From the IMG/VR virus record IMGVR_UViG_3300031997_000001, positions 171,459 through 235,458 of that record: a DNA stretch of 64,000 nt, one strand, 5' to 3'. The translations under genes were made by a program, and so were the position numbers. Below the pieces are notes generated by a model, which saw only the letters and a program-made list of their open reading frames with translations, ran no database searches and was not told where the DNA came from. Positions 22,101-30,936 of this stretch are shown here, piece by piece. How positions within the stretch are numbered: position 1 is the first letter of the stretch; every line of letters starts with the position of its first letter.

Positions 22101-23675
22101 CCCCTTCTTGATTTCCTGTTCCGCTGCCGGACCCTGAGCTTCTCTTCCTTGCTTGAGCAGAAGTCTTCGTCGTTGGCGGCCGAAAACAGGTCGACGTCGC
22201 CGACGCGACCGGATGGGATCAGGATCTCTCCCGCCCTTAATTGAGGCTCTGGCAGGGAGGATGAATCCAGGTTCCTCATCCCCTCACCTCCTGTCTCAGG
22301 ATCCGCATGACGTTGCCGGTCAGCTCATGGACGTACGACGCCTCGATGTTGTGCCCCTTCCCGACGCAGGCCTTCGCCGCGTCCAGGTAGCGCCGCTCGA
22401 CCTCGTCCAGCGTGGCCAGAGAGGCGTCCTTCGCCAGCGCCAGGGCCTCGGTCGTGGCCCATCCGTTCCTCTCACATACCGACTTGAGGGAGATCCCGCT
22501 TTTTCGTCGTACTTCACCAAGAGCTTGTTGTGTATAGATCACATTGCCTCCTTGGATGCATCTCGGGCCTCACGGACGAGCAGGTCCATGGCTTCACCGA
22601 TGGTGTCCACCGGGCAGCACCAGGCACCGCCATACCAGAATCCCATCTTGTCCGTCCGCTGGTTCGGCGGGTAGAGCTCGCCCCAGTACTGACGGTGATA
22701 GGTCTTGCCCCACCTGGCGATCAGGACGACCTGCCAGTCCGCATCCATCCTGGCGAGGGCCTTCTTGGCGTCGTACGGGCTGTTGCGCGTCCAGATCTTC
22801 CGCCGCTTGCCCTTAAGCTTGTAGAACGACATAAGGCGTTGTATCGGCTTCACCGTGCCACCTCCTGGGAGGACGTTCCCGTTCCGCCGCACAGCGGGCA
22901 CGCCTCGGAGAAGAGGCCCGAATCGGGCACGCACCCCGCCCCGCGGCAGTAGGCGCACGCGTTCCTGCCGCCCTTGCTGCGGATCGCCAAGCCGGTCAGG
23001 ACCGCCCAGAGGCGGGCTACGACCACGCGGATCAGGAACATGGCCTACCTCCTGAAATACGGAAGGGGAATGGGAATCCGGAACTACATCTGGACGGCCT
23101 CGATCCGGAGATGTGCGTCGTGCGCCAGTTCGTCCAAGGTGGACTGGACGGCGGCGAGTGCCGCCTCGGGCGTCGACCCGTACCAGTGCATGCGACGGCT
23201 GTCGCTCCAGACGTCCCACGTCAGGCGGGTGTCGCCGCCCGGGTAGCTCCATGCGTCCACGCCGACGCACACGGAGTCGTCTGGCCCCAGGAGCTTGATG
23301 GCTGCAGCGAGCGTCTCGGCGAAGGTCATGGTCCAACCCCTAATTGAGTCCACGACGTTGATCCCCTCGGTTAGCCCCCCTCGTGCGGCTGCCTGAAGTC
23401 CTTCTCGAAGAACTCGAGGATCAGAGCGTCATACTCCTCGGGCGATGTCTTGAAACCGAATGAACGGTGCCTGGCTATTTCAGGAGACGGACCGTCAGCT
23501 CGACGGTCTGATTCGTCGGGTCCATGGGAATGATCAGGATCTTGTTCCCCTCGATCCGTACGCTACCGGCCCACCAGGTCTCGTCGCCGACCTGGATCGT
23601 CCAGTCGCCATGTCTCGCGCCCCCGTGGAACCCGAGAATCCCACCGATCGCCTTGGTCGCCTCGTTTTCGGTCAT
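19165..23675 (-). CDS. dense run of small hypothetical genes (about 60-170 aa each)
   Basis: Tiled ORFs with GGAGG RBS, e.g. 19165-19494, 20421-20777, 20803-21120, 21470-21781, 21793-22092, 22276-22542, 23084-23353, 23475-23675. Confidence 0.5.
21446..21467 (-). repeat. 22-nt leader motif GACCCGGGAATCTTGA(A/C)GAACC, copy 1
   Basis: 21/22 identical to 23773-23794; both lie just upstream of AAATGG(G)AGG. Confidence 0.7.
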
Positions 23676-23772
23676 CGGTTAGCCCTCCATGGGAAAGAGA
23701 CCCAGCCTTCTCGAGCTGGCGGATGTAAGTGCGGGTGCTTCGACCTTGCCCAGCTTCCTCCATTTCAGTTGC

Positions 23773-23794
23773 GGTTCGTCAAGATTCCCGGGTC
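23773..23794 (-). repeat. 22-nt leader motif, copy 2
   Basis: See 21446-21467. Confidence 0.7.
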
Positions 23795-24063
23795 TTCCTC
23801 CGGGAAAAAGAAAACTACTCACCTAGTGACTGGGGAGATTGACGTTCCTGACGTGGGAGAGACGGAGACCAGCCCACTCGCGGCGCCGTTGGCCAGCCCG
23901 AATCAACGGCCTGGCGCGTCGTCGCGGTCAGCCCGGTCTACGGGACGGAAGTGGGTCGCCACTTCCTGTACATTCACCGCATGGATGGGTCTCCTTTCCT
24001 GGGTCTGCACCTTGGAAGCAAACAGGAGGTCCACGTTCGTCCTCGGACGTCCCAAGAGCCTCA

Positions 24064-24157
24064 CGGGATCAGGACCCAAAAGCGCGGGCTGGCGGCGGGG
24101 CAACTCCCTGCCTGCTTCCGTTACGGAATACCAGCCCGCGCCCGTTGGATCATGAGC
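24064..24157 (-). terminator. terminator-like covarying hairpin with conserved flanks, copy 1
   Basis: 11-bp stem 24082-24092/24131-24141 followed by TTTTGGGTCCTGATCCCG; flanks shared with 25549-25620. Confidence 0.6.
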
Positions 24158-25548
24158 CGCACTGCACGAGCTTGAGCCTGACCAGATGGTCCAGCTTGAC
24201 CGTGAGCGGCCGGTGGAAGAAGTTCTTCGCGGGCCGATCCACCTTGCGGGGGTCCCGCTTGAACCACGCGGCGCTGGTCGAGTTGTCCTCCTGCTTCGGC
24301 ATGTCCCATCTCCTGAAAAGGCCGGAAACTGTGTCAGTGTCCGACGATCGCGTACTCCACCATGCCCTCCTTCACCGGCTTCTCGATCTTGTCCCAGTCC
24401 GCCTCATCGAGATCGGGGAAGGCCTCGCTGACCCGGTCTCCGTCCTTGAAGCCCTCGAAATCGATGTCCCGACCCTCGTTCTCGAAGAGGATCGTGCCTT
24501 CGTCCACCGTCCCGTCCTCGAACTGGACAGCCACCTTGACCTTGGTGAACGGACGCTCGAGGCCTGCGTACGTGGCTGACACGATCTTCATGTCCCCTCC
24601 TGAAACGTGGCCACTTCCCCTTCCCGGGGCGTCCGTGACCGGTCCAAACTGGTCCGTGTAAGCGTGTGAGTTGAAGAATTGATCCAAGAGGCCGGGTGCT
24701 GGTCTGCTGGTCGGGCTGGTCCTGCCAGACCGCGGCAACCCGAAACTCTCGAAACGACCGCGTCGCACGTGTTTCCGGCCCGAACGTTGCTGACCAGCCG
24801 TCCAGCCTTTCCGTCCGTCGGAATTAGTTGCTTGATGAACAGGTTGGCAATTGCCGATCCAATGCCCGTCCGTGGCACTCGGAATGGCAAGGAAACCCCG
24901 TCCTTGCCAACAGGTTACCTTTCTCTTCATGGATACCGAACTTCGGTCATCGTTCGGACCCATATTTGTGCGCCGACCTACGCGAGAAGCCGGTTCTCCT
25001 CGTCGTCGACGTAGACGATGGCCCGGTCCTCGGGGACGCCCTGCCTGCGCAGGTACTTGATCGCCTCATCTCTCGAGCTGGTCAGCAGGATCTCGACCAG
25101 CCGGTCCCGCATCTGCTGCGTCAGCTCGTCCATATTTTCACCTTCCTGGAAAGGGGCCGATCTCCCCGCGACGGGACGCCAGACCCGAATGAACGGTGTC
25201 CTGGCGGAGCCGGAGCGGACAGGTTTTATACGTCCTGTCCTCGTCGCGGTCAGGCCGGTCCTGAACCGGTTCGCCACCTGTCCAAAAGCCGATCTACCGA
25301 AGAGAGACATCTCTCTGTTCAGAAGTTTGGTGGACAGGTGGCGCTATGTAAGGAGTATTCGATTCCCTGCCTTTCTGGGTAGTTGCCTACCCTGTTTGGG
25401 TGCCTGACGTGCCTCAACCGGCCTGGCTCACGGCGGATCTCTCAGGCGGATTGGCCGGGGGAGATCGACACCTTCGGGGCATGTCCGCCCTCCTTTTGCG
25501 TGTGATGGGAGCTCTCGCTCCGAGCAGGTTGCCTGATCGTGCCCATTG

Positions 25549-25620
25549 CGGGATCAGGACCCAAAAGCACGGCCTAGGTCAGGCAATAATCGCCCAGGCC
25601 GCGCCCGTTGGACCATGAGC
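25549..25620 (-). terminator. terminator-like covarying hairpin with conserved flanks, copy 2
   Basis: 12-bp stem 25567-25578/25593-25604 with G-U pairs, same flanks. Confidence 0.6.
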
Positions 25621-25860
25621 CTAGGCCTTCTTCGCCTTCTTGAAGACGTTGAGGCCGAACGACACCCCGTCGTAGCCGGCGACCTTCGCGGTGCCGGACG
25701 CGATCAGGTTCGTCTTCCCGGACGAGCTGGGCCCGAGGTCGACGCCCAGGTCGACGACGAGGGTGAGCTTCCCGTCGGCGACGGACACGGAGATGTTGCG
25801 GGCGGCCTTGGCCACCTTCGCGACGACGGGCGACACGAGCGGCTGGGCGGCGGGCGACAT
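25621..25860 (-). CDS. small basic protein (DLGPSSSGKTNLIASG family), paralogue 1
   Basis: Alignable by eye to 28080-28301; GGAGG RBS. Confidence 0.75.
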   Translation of the reverse strand: MSPAAQPLVSPVVAKVAKAARNISVSVADGKLTLVVDLGVDLGPSSSGKTNLIASGTAKVAGYDGVSFGLNVFKKAKKA

Positions 25861-25913
25861 AGAGCCTCCTTGGTTGTGGCTCCGAAGAAAAGTGGAAGAC
25901 GGACAGGCTGATC

Positions 25914-25958
25914 AGCATCCAGGTCCTACGCGAGTGAACGTGCAGGCGGGTGGATGCT
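25914..25958. ncRNA. structured element (outer stem + CG-AGTGAA-CGTG hairpin), copy 1 of 3
   Basis: AGCATCCA/TGGATGCT outer stem around a conserved core. Confidence 0.55.
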
Positions 25959-26009
25959 CCTGAAGTGCAGGGAGCCCGGCAAGATTGCCGGGCCCCCGAC
26001 GGAGATGGC

Positions 26010-26345
26010 CTACGCCTTGGCCGCGAGGGCCTTGGCCTTGCACGCGCGGCACTGCCGCACGTGGAACAGATCGCTGGTGTAGACGATCCGGACCGCGCCG
26101 CAGTCGGCACAGTGGATGTCCACGGCCCACTTGCGGGCCACCTCGTCGTACCGGCGCGTCCCGGCGATGACGTGCGGGTACTTGGCGAGCAGCGCGGCCT
26201 CGGAGAGCGGGGCGGCGCGCTGGGCCCAGGGCGCGTCCTTCGGGAAGGTCCCGGAGACGCGGGGGGCGGGGGAGACGAGCGGCTGGCGGACGGCGACGGG
26301 CGCGGCGGCGACGAGCGGGGCCGCGGGGGCGAGCAAGCCCTCCAT
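26010..26345 (-). CDS. KYPH-type Zn-ribbon protein (paralogue 2)
   Basis: LLAKYPH..GT....KWAVDI.C..CG..R.VYTSDLFHVRQCRAC; GGAGG RBS. Confidence 0.75.
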   Translation of the reverse strand: MEGLLAPAAPLVAAAPVAVRQPLVSPAPRVSGTFPKDAPWAQRAAPLSEAALLAKYPHVIAGTRRYDEVARKWAVDIHCADCGAVRIVYTSDLFHVRQCRACKAKALAAKA

Positions 26346-26884
26346 GGTACACCTCCTGTAGAGAGTTGAAAAAGGACGTGGAAACGGACACGCTACCAGA
26401 CGACGTCGAGGCACTCCACGCCGAAGAGCGTTGCCGTCAGGTTACCCGCGCGCCGGATGATCTCATCCATGTCGGCGGCCTGCCAGACCACGCCAGTCGC
26501 TTCTGCGTAGGTGATGCCGATGTAGACTGCGTAACGCACGTTCCACCTCCTAGCGCGTGAGGGTCTGGCGGATCCAGACCCTGACCTTCCCGTTGTCGTG
26601 ACGGCCGACGACCCGCATCACCAGGCGGACTTCCCTGGCGACCTTCGCCACCATGACGCGTTCGGTCTTTGTCATGGCCTGACCCTCCTCACTTGTGCCT
26701 GGCGATGAAGTTCCGCAAGAGCGACGCGATCGGATCCGCTTCCTGACGCACGGACTCGTTCGAGCCGTCGCAGACCTTGTACAGCAGGGCCATTGCCGCG
26801 GCCAGGATCTTCACCTGGTCGGGTTTGAGGGCGTCCTCTGGCATGGGACCCTCTTAAAAGACGCGCTCGCAAAACGCCAAAGCC

Positions 26885-26934
26885 AGAGTTCCCAGTTCCT
26901 GACACGAGTGAACGTGCAGGCGGGTGGGAACTCT
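26885..26934. ncRNA. structured element, copy 2 of 3
   Basis: AGAGTTCCCA/TGGGAACTCT perfect outer stem, same core. Confidence 0.55.
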
Positions 26935-27327
26935 CCTGTCTTGTAGACGCGCTTACGCGCGTCCCTCGGCCTGGGCCTGCAGGAACTCGGGCTCCTGCTC
27001 CCGCCGCTCCTGGGCGTCGGGTCCCAGCCGCTCGATGACGGAGAAGCGCAGGGTCGAGGCCCGGTCCGGCTCGCGCCGGAACCGCTTCTCCGTGAGGCTG
27101 ACGCGCATCGTCTTGACGCGGGGCATGTTTGCCCTCCTTATAAGACGAGCCACAAAAATGCCAAGATTCCCACGAACGCGAGCACGCCGGCGATCGTCTT
27201 CCCCCAGCTCTCCTCGGGCACGTTCGGTCTCCTGACTAGGCCGCGATGTTGTAGACGCGCCAGTGGTCCTCGCAGCGTGGGAAGTCCGCCTCCTGTCAGG
27301 CGGGGCCACGCTGCCGCTCCCGGTCTC

Positions 27328-27579
27328 TCACCCCCGGGTGCACGAGGGCGTGCACTCCTGACAGAAGCGCACCTGCCAGAGGTCCGACACGAGGACCTCC
27401 CTGCGCCTCTCGCACCTGCACTGGCAGGTGCACTCGATCTTGCACGCCCACTTGAGGTGGGTGGCGTCGAAGTGGAGGCTGCCGGGCACGAAGTGCGGGA
27501 AGCGGCGGATCAGCTTCCCCTCGTCCATCGGGCGGCGCAGGACGGACGCCACGCCGGCGAGGATGTTCGCGCTCTTCAT
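27328..27579 (-). CDS. KYPH-type Zn-ribbon protein (paralogue 3)
   Basis: LIRRFPH..GS....KW...I.C.C..C.RR..V.VSDLWQV.FC..C. Confidence 0.7.
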   Translation of the reverse strand: MKSANILAGVASVLRRPMDEGKLIRRFPHFVPGSLHFDATHLKWACKIECTCQCRCERRREVLVSDLWQVRFCQECTPSCTRG

Positions 27580-27676
27580 GTTGCGTCTCCTGAGAAAGGG
27601 TTAATGTGGCAAAAGCGGCAGGCAAATCCGCCTCCTGGGTCGAGGGAGGCGGCCTTGCACGCCGGCTCAGTCGTCG

Positions 27677-27982
27677 TTAGTGGACCTTGAGGAAGTCGTC
27701 GCCGAGCACGGGGGCGTCGGCCAGGAGCGCCTTCACCTCGGCCTCCACCTCGGGGATCGGCGAGGGCGCGCCCTCTCCGTAGCTGCTGTACTCCACCCAG
27801 GGCGACGAGCCCGGGTACCTTCCCCCGTTGGGCTTCAGGTTGCGGGTGGACACGGCGTAGTCGCCGTGCCCGCGCTCCCTGTAGTCGACCATGACCAGGA
27901 GCGGGCCGCCGAAGTTGGCGAGCTCCACGACTCCCATGAGGCTGATCTCGTCGAGGCAGGTGCGGGCGGACATGATCTTCAT
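27677..27982 (-). CDS. hypothetical protein
   Basis: GGAG RBS; 101 aa. Confidence 0.6.
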   Translation of the reverse strand: MKIMSARTCLDEISLMGVVELANFGGPLLVMVDYRERGHGDYAVSTRNLKPNGGRYPGSSPWVEYSSYGEGAPSPIPEVEAEVKALLADAPVLGDDFLKVH

Positions 27983-28010
27983 GTTCGGTCTCCTGTGAGG
28001 GCCAAAACCT

Positions 28011-28056
28011 GAGCGCCAGGTCCCGCGCGAGTGAACGTGCGGGTGGGCTGGCGCTC
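28011..28056. ncRNA. structured element, copy 3 of 3
   Basis: GAGCGCCAG/CTGGCGCTC outer stem, same core. Confidence 0.55.
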
Positions 28057-28079
28057 CCGTATTGGCGCTCCCGTCTGGT

Positions 28080-28301
28080 CTACTTGTACCAGACGTTGAG
28101 GCCGAAGGACGCCCGGCCGCTGAAGCCGGGGATCTTCGCGGTGCCGGTCGCCACCAGGTTGGACTTCCCGGTGCTGGACGGGCCGAGGTCCTGCGTCATG
28201 TCGACGCGCAGGACGAGCTCGGTGCCGACGACCTCGACGCGGATGTTCCGGGGGGCGCGGACGATCTTCGCGACCTTCTCCGCCTGGATGAGTGCCTGCA
28301 T
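28080..28301 (-). CDS. small basic protein (DLGPSSTGKSNLVATG family), paralogue 2
   Basis: GGAGG RBS, ATG at 28301; similar to 25621-25860. Confidence 0.75.
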   Translation of the reverse strand: MQALIQAEKVAKIVRAPRNIRVEVVGTELVLRVDMTQDLGPSSTGKSNLVATGTAKIPGFSGRASFGLNVWYK

Positions 28302-28337
28302 CGCATCACCTCCGTGAAGGGGGACGCAAATTCGCCT

Positions 28338-28444
28338 TCCCGAGCTCAGGAGACTCGGGAGCCGGCGCAAGATCCCGCTTCCTCTGGCTCGGGGAAGCGG
28401 GATCGCGTGCCGTGGGCGCCCACCCAAAGATCGGGTGGGCGCCC
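28338..28444. other. three tandem perfect hairpins
   Basis: Stems 28338-28344/28354-28360, 28371-28382/28393-28404 (12 bp) and 28414-28425/28433-28444 (12 bp). Confidence 0.7.
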
Positions 28445-28460
28445 GGTCGGGTCGCTGTGT

Positions 28461-28793
28461 CTACCGGCCGGCCTTGCAGGCGCGGCACTGGCGCACGTGC
28501 CAGAGGTCGCCGGTGTACAGCGTGCGGACCGCGCCGCACGCGCACCGGATGTCCACGGCCTGCTGCCCCCGGGCGGGGCACTTGCGCAGGGTGCCGGGGA
28601 TCATGTGCGGGTATTTGGCCAGCAGCTGCGCCTCCGTCAGCGGGGCGGCGCGGACCCAGACGGGGCGGGGGCCGACGAGCGGGGCGGCGGGGCCGGCGAC
28701 CAGCGGGGCGCGGGCGGGGGGGGGGGGGGGCCCGACGAGGGCGGAGACGCGGCGGACGGCGACGGGCGCGGCGGGGGCGAGGAAGCCGACCAC
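28461..28793 (-). CDS. KYPH-type Zn-ribbon protein (paralogue 4)
   Basis: GGAGGTGTCCC-GTG start mirrors GGAGGTGTACC-ATG of 26345; LLAKYPH...DLWHVRQCRAC. Confidence 0.7.
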   Translation of the reverse strand: MVGFLAPAAPVAVRRVSALVGPPPPPARAPLVAGPAAPLVGPRPVWVRAAPLTEAQLLAKYPHMIPGTLRKCPARGQQAVDIRCACGAVRTLYTGDLWHVRQCRACKAGR

Positions 28794-28814
28794 GGGACAC
28801 CTCCGTTGTGTGCC

Positions 28815-29095
28815 GGGCCGGCGGGCCGCGGGCGCGCCCCCGGGACAGGCGGGGGCGGGACGCGGGGCCGGACGCGGCGGACGCGGGCGCGCCCCCCGGA
28901 CGGCGGGGGGCGGGCGCGGGGCCGGGGTCGGGGTCCCCCCCCCGCCGGGGGCGGGGGGCGGGCGGCGGGCGGGCCCCCCGGCGGGGGGGCGGCGGGGCCG
29001 CCGGGGGCGGGGGGCGGCGGGGGCCGGGGGGCCGGGGGGCCGCGCCGCCCCGCCCCCCCCGGGGGCCGCGGCGGGGGGCGGGCGGGCGGTCCCGT
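28815..29095. other. almost pure G/C low-complexity tract (possible base-calling artefact)
   Basis: Very few A/T, long G and C runs; the many overlapping ORFs here are spurious. Confidence 0.7.
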
Positions 29096-29123
29096 TTCGG
29101 ATCGCTTCTCGGCGAGCGCATCG

Positions 29124-30611
29124 CGTACGCGGAGGGTTCGAACTATGCCGCTGATCGTCAGTTTTGAACCAAAGATAGGACATGAGGTTATCGCAGCTCT
29201 GCGAAGGTTGGCGCCGCATTTCATATGACAAGCTCGCCTCACGACTGGCTGAGGCCGTCATACTCGGACTCAAGCGGCACTTCATCCCAAAGAGCAAGAC
29301 GGAACTGTCGAAGAATACGACGTTCTATATAAAGGTCGCCAAATGGGACAGAGATCCATGGAATCCGCCGCCTAAAGCAGCAGCAGTAGACATCCTCCCC
29401 CCAGACACCACGAAGCTCATTCAGGACATGTTCAAGGACACCCTGACACATGTAGCTAGGGATTTTACTCTCCGCGTAGAAGTAAAGGATGTTCAGCTCT
29501 GGCACGCGGGCTTGGCGTTTTTACGCCGTTCTGACGACGAAGCGGACATATCTATCAACATTTATTGTCACCATGAGTGGGAGCTTGGATGGGGAGGAGT
29601 GCAAAAGAGTTTGAGCATGACGTATAAGAGCGTTGCACAAGTCCTGCGGCATGAACTAGAACACCTGAGGCAATATGGATCTGGTGAAAAGCGCGACGCC
29701 TATGACGCACGTAAAGACTGGTTCGCGAAATCAATGGTCAGGAACCTCGCCCCACGCGTCGTGTCTATGCCCCACTACGGCAATGCTAAGTATTATAACT
29801 GGATCACGGACGTTCACGAAATAGGTGCAATGGTTACGGACATCCATTTCAGCGCACGAAGAAGGGGAGTATCGTTCGAAAAAGAATTACAAAGACGCCT
29901 AGCGGAAGATGAGAGAAGGCTGAAGGAAGAGGGGATCCCGGACGATCTGATTGCAGACATCACCAAGAGATGCTGGGATTTCGCAGCGAAGAAGTATCCA
30001 GGACTCATTAAGAAGCAGGTACCCGAACTGAAATCCTCGGAGCCGGTTGTTCCTCCGACCGGATGAGATCTCCTATAACGAAATGCGGGACTGCGGCTCA
30101 GGCATCCAGAAGGTCCGGTTCCCTCCAGGCCGCTGACCAGCAGTTTTTCGTGATTTTCGTCGAACTATGCCGCTGACCTGCTGGCTAGCCTTTCTCGCGC
30201 GTCACATGCGTACGTGGAGGGTTCGAACTATCCGCCGGAATTGAGGCTGCCGGAGACGGGTGAACTGGGTGCCAGACCGGAAGACAAGTTCCGGGCACCC
30301 AGGTCACCACCAAGCGGAAGTCCGACGCGAGTGAGTGGTGGAGGTGAGGGTAAGAAGCTGGATGGCATCCATCCGCTGTTCACAAAACCTATCTGGATGC
30401 TTCCGCACACGAGCAGGTTGTACAATGCGTATTCAGGAGAAAGGCCCTGTAGGACCTGTCCGCACCAGGGACAGAACCGGTGTCCGGTGGCGTAGTTGAC
30501 CCCGCCGGACTGCGAATTCGAAAGCTGACATGTGCAGTAAGGCACGCCCTATTTACGCGGGAGGCAGGGATTCCGGACGCGTCGCACGCGCACGCGTTGC
30601 CTTCGAACTAT
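29124..30611 (+). repeat. four direct copies of TCGAACTAT, with longer shared flanks
   Basis: 29124-29154, 30160-30176 (17 nt identical), 30209-30236, 30602-30611. Confidence 0.7.
29182..30066 (+). CDS. HExxH metallopeptidase-like protein with MRLxxLxE N-terminus
   Basis: VLRHELEH, later HEIGA; starts MRLSQLCE. Confidence 0.65.
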   Translation: MRLSQLCEGWRRISYDKLASRLAEAVILGLKRHFIPKSKTELSKNTTFYIKVAKWDRDPWNPPPKAAAVDILPPDTTKLIQDMFKDTLTHVARDFTLRVEVKDVQLWHAGLAFLRRSDDEADISINIYCHHEWELGWGGVQKSLSMTYKSVAQVLRHELEHLRQYGSGEKRDAYDARKDWFAKSMVRNLAPRVVSMPHYGNAKYYNWITDVHEIGAMVTDIHFSARRRGVSFEKELQRRLAEDERRLKEEGIPDDLIADITKRCWDFAAKKYPGLIKKQVPELKSSEPVVPPTG

Positions 30612-30936
30612 TCAAAGGTAGGGTATGAAGCAGACCTGCAAGTGCGGTGAGCCTCTGCCGCCCGAGGTCCAGGCGAAGATAGAAAGCCTCAAGCTGGTCC
30701 TCTCAGAATCACTCCCTTACCTGACGCACAGCGCCACGCTCTCCAAGGACCTGGTCCCATGGTCCGAGGCGCTGGTCCAGAAGGTCCACAAGGTACTGTT
30801 CCTGGATCCGTAGGCTGGAGAAGTCCCGATCCTATGATCTCTAATACCCGCTTCAAGCTCATCGCCGCCTTCATCATCCTGTGTCTGCTCTACGCCCTGA
30901 CGCTCGCCATCATAGGGCGGATGAGCTGACCGGATT

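Noticed and set aside
781-28000. Numerous long plus-strand ORFs antisense to real genes (e.g. 781-1971, 3105-4280, 5916-7436)
   Set aside because: They are shadow ORFs of high-GC3 coding sequence, with no RBS or recognisable motifs.
28292-29297. Long Gly/Pro/Arg/Ala ORFs on both strands
   Set aside because: They arise from the A/T-free tract; only 28461-28793 has paralogue support.
29131-30236. GGGTTCGAAC as a tRNA T-loop
   Set aside because: The T-stem cannot pair and there is no acceptor, D or anticodon arm; treated as a DNA repeat instead.
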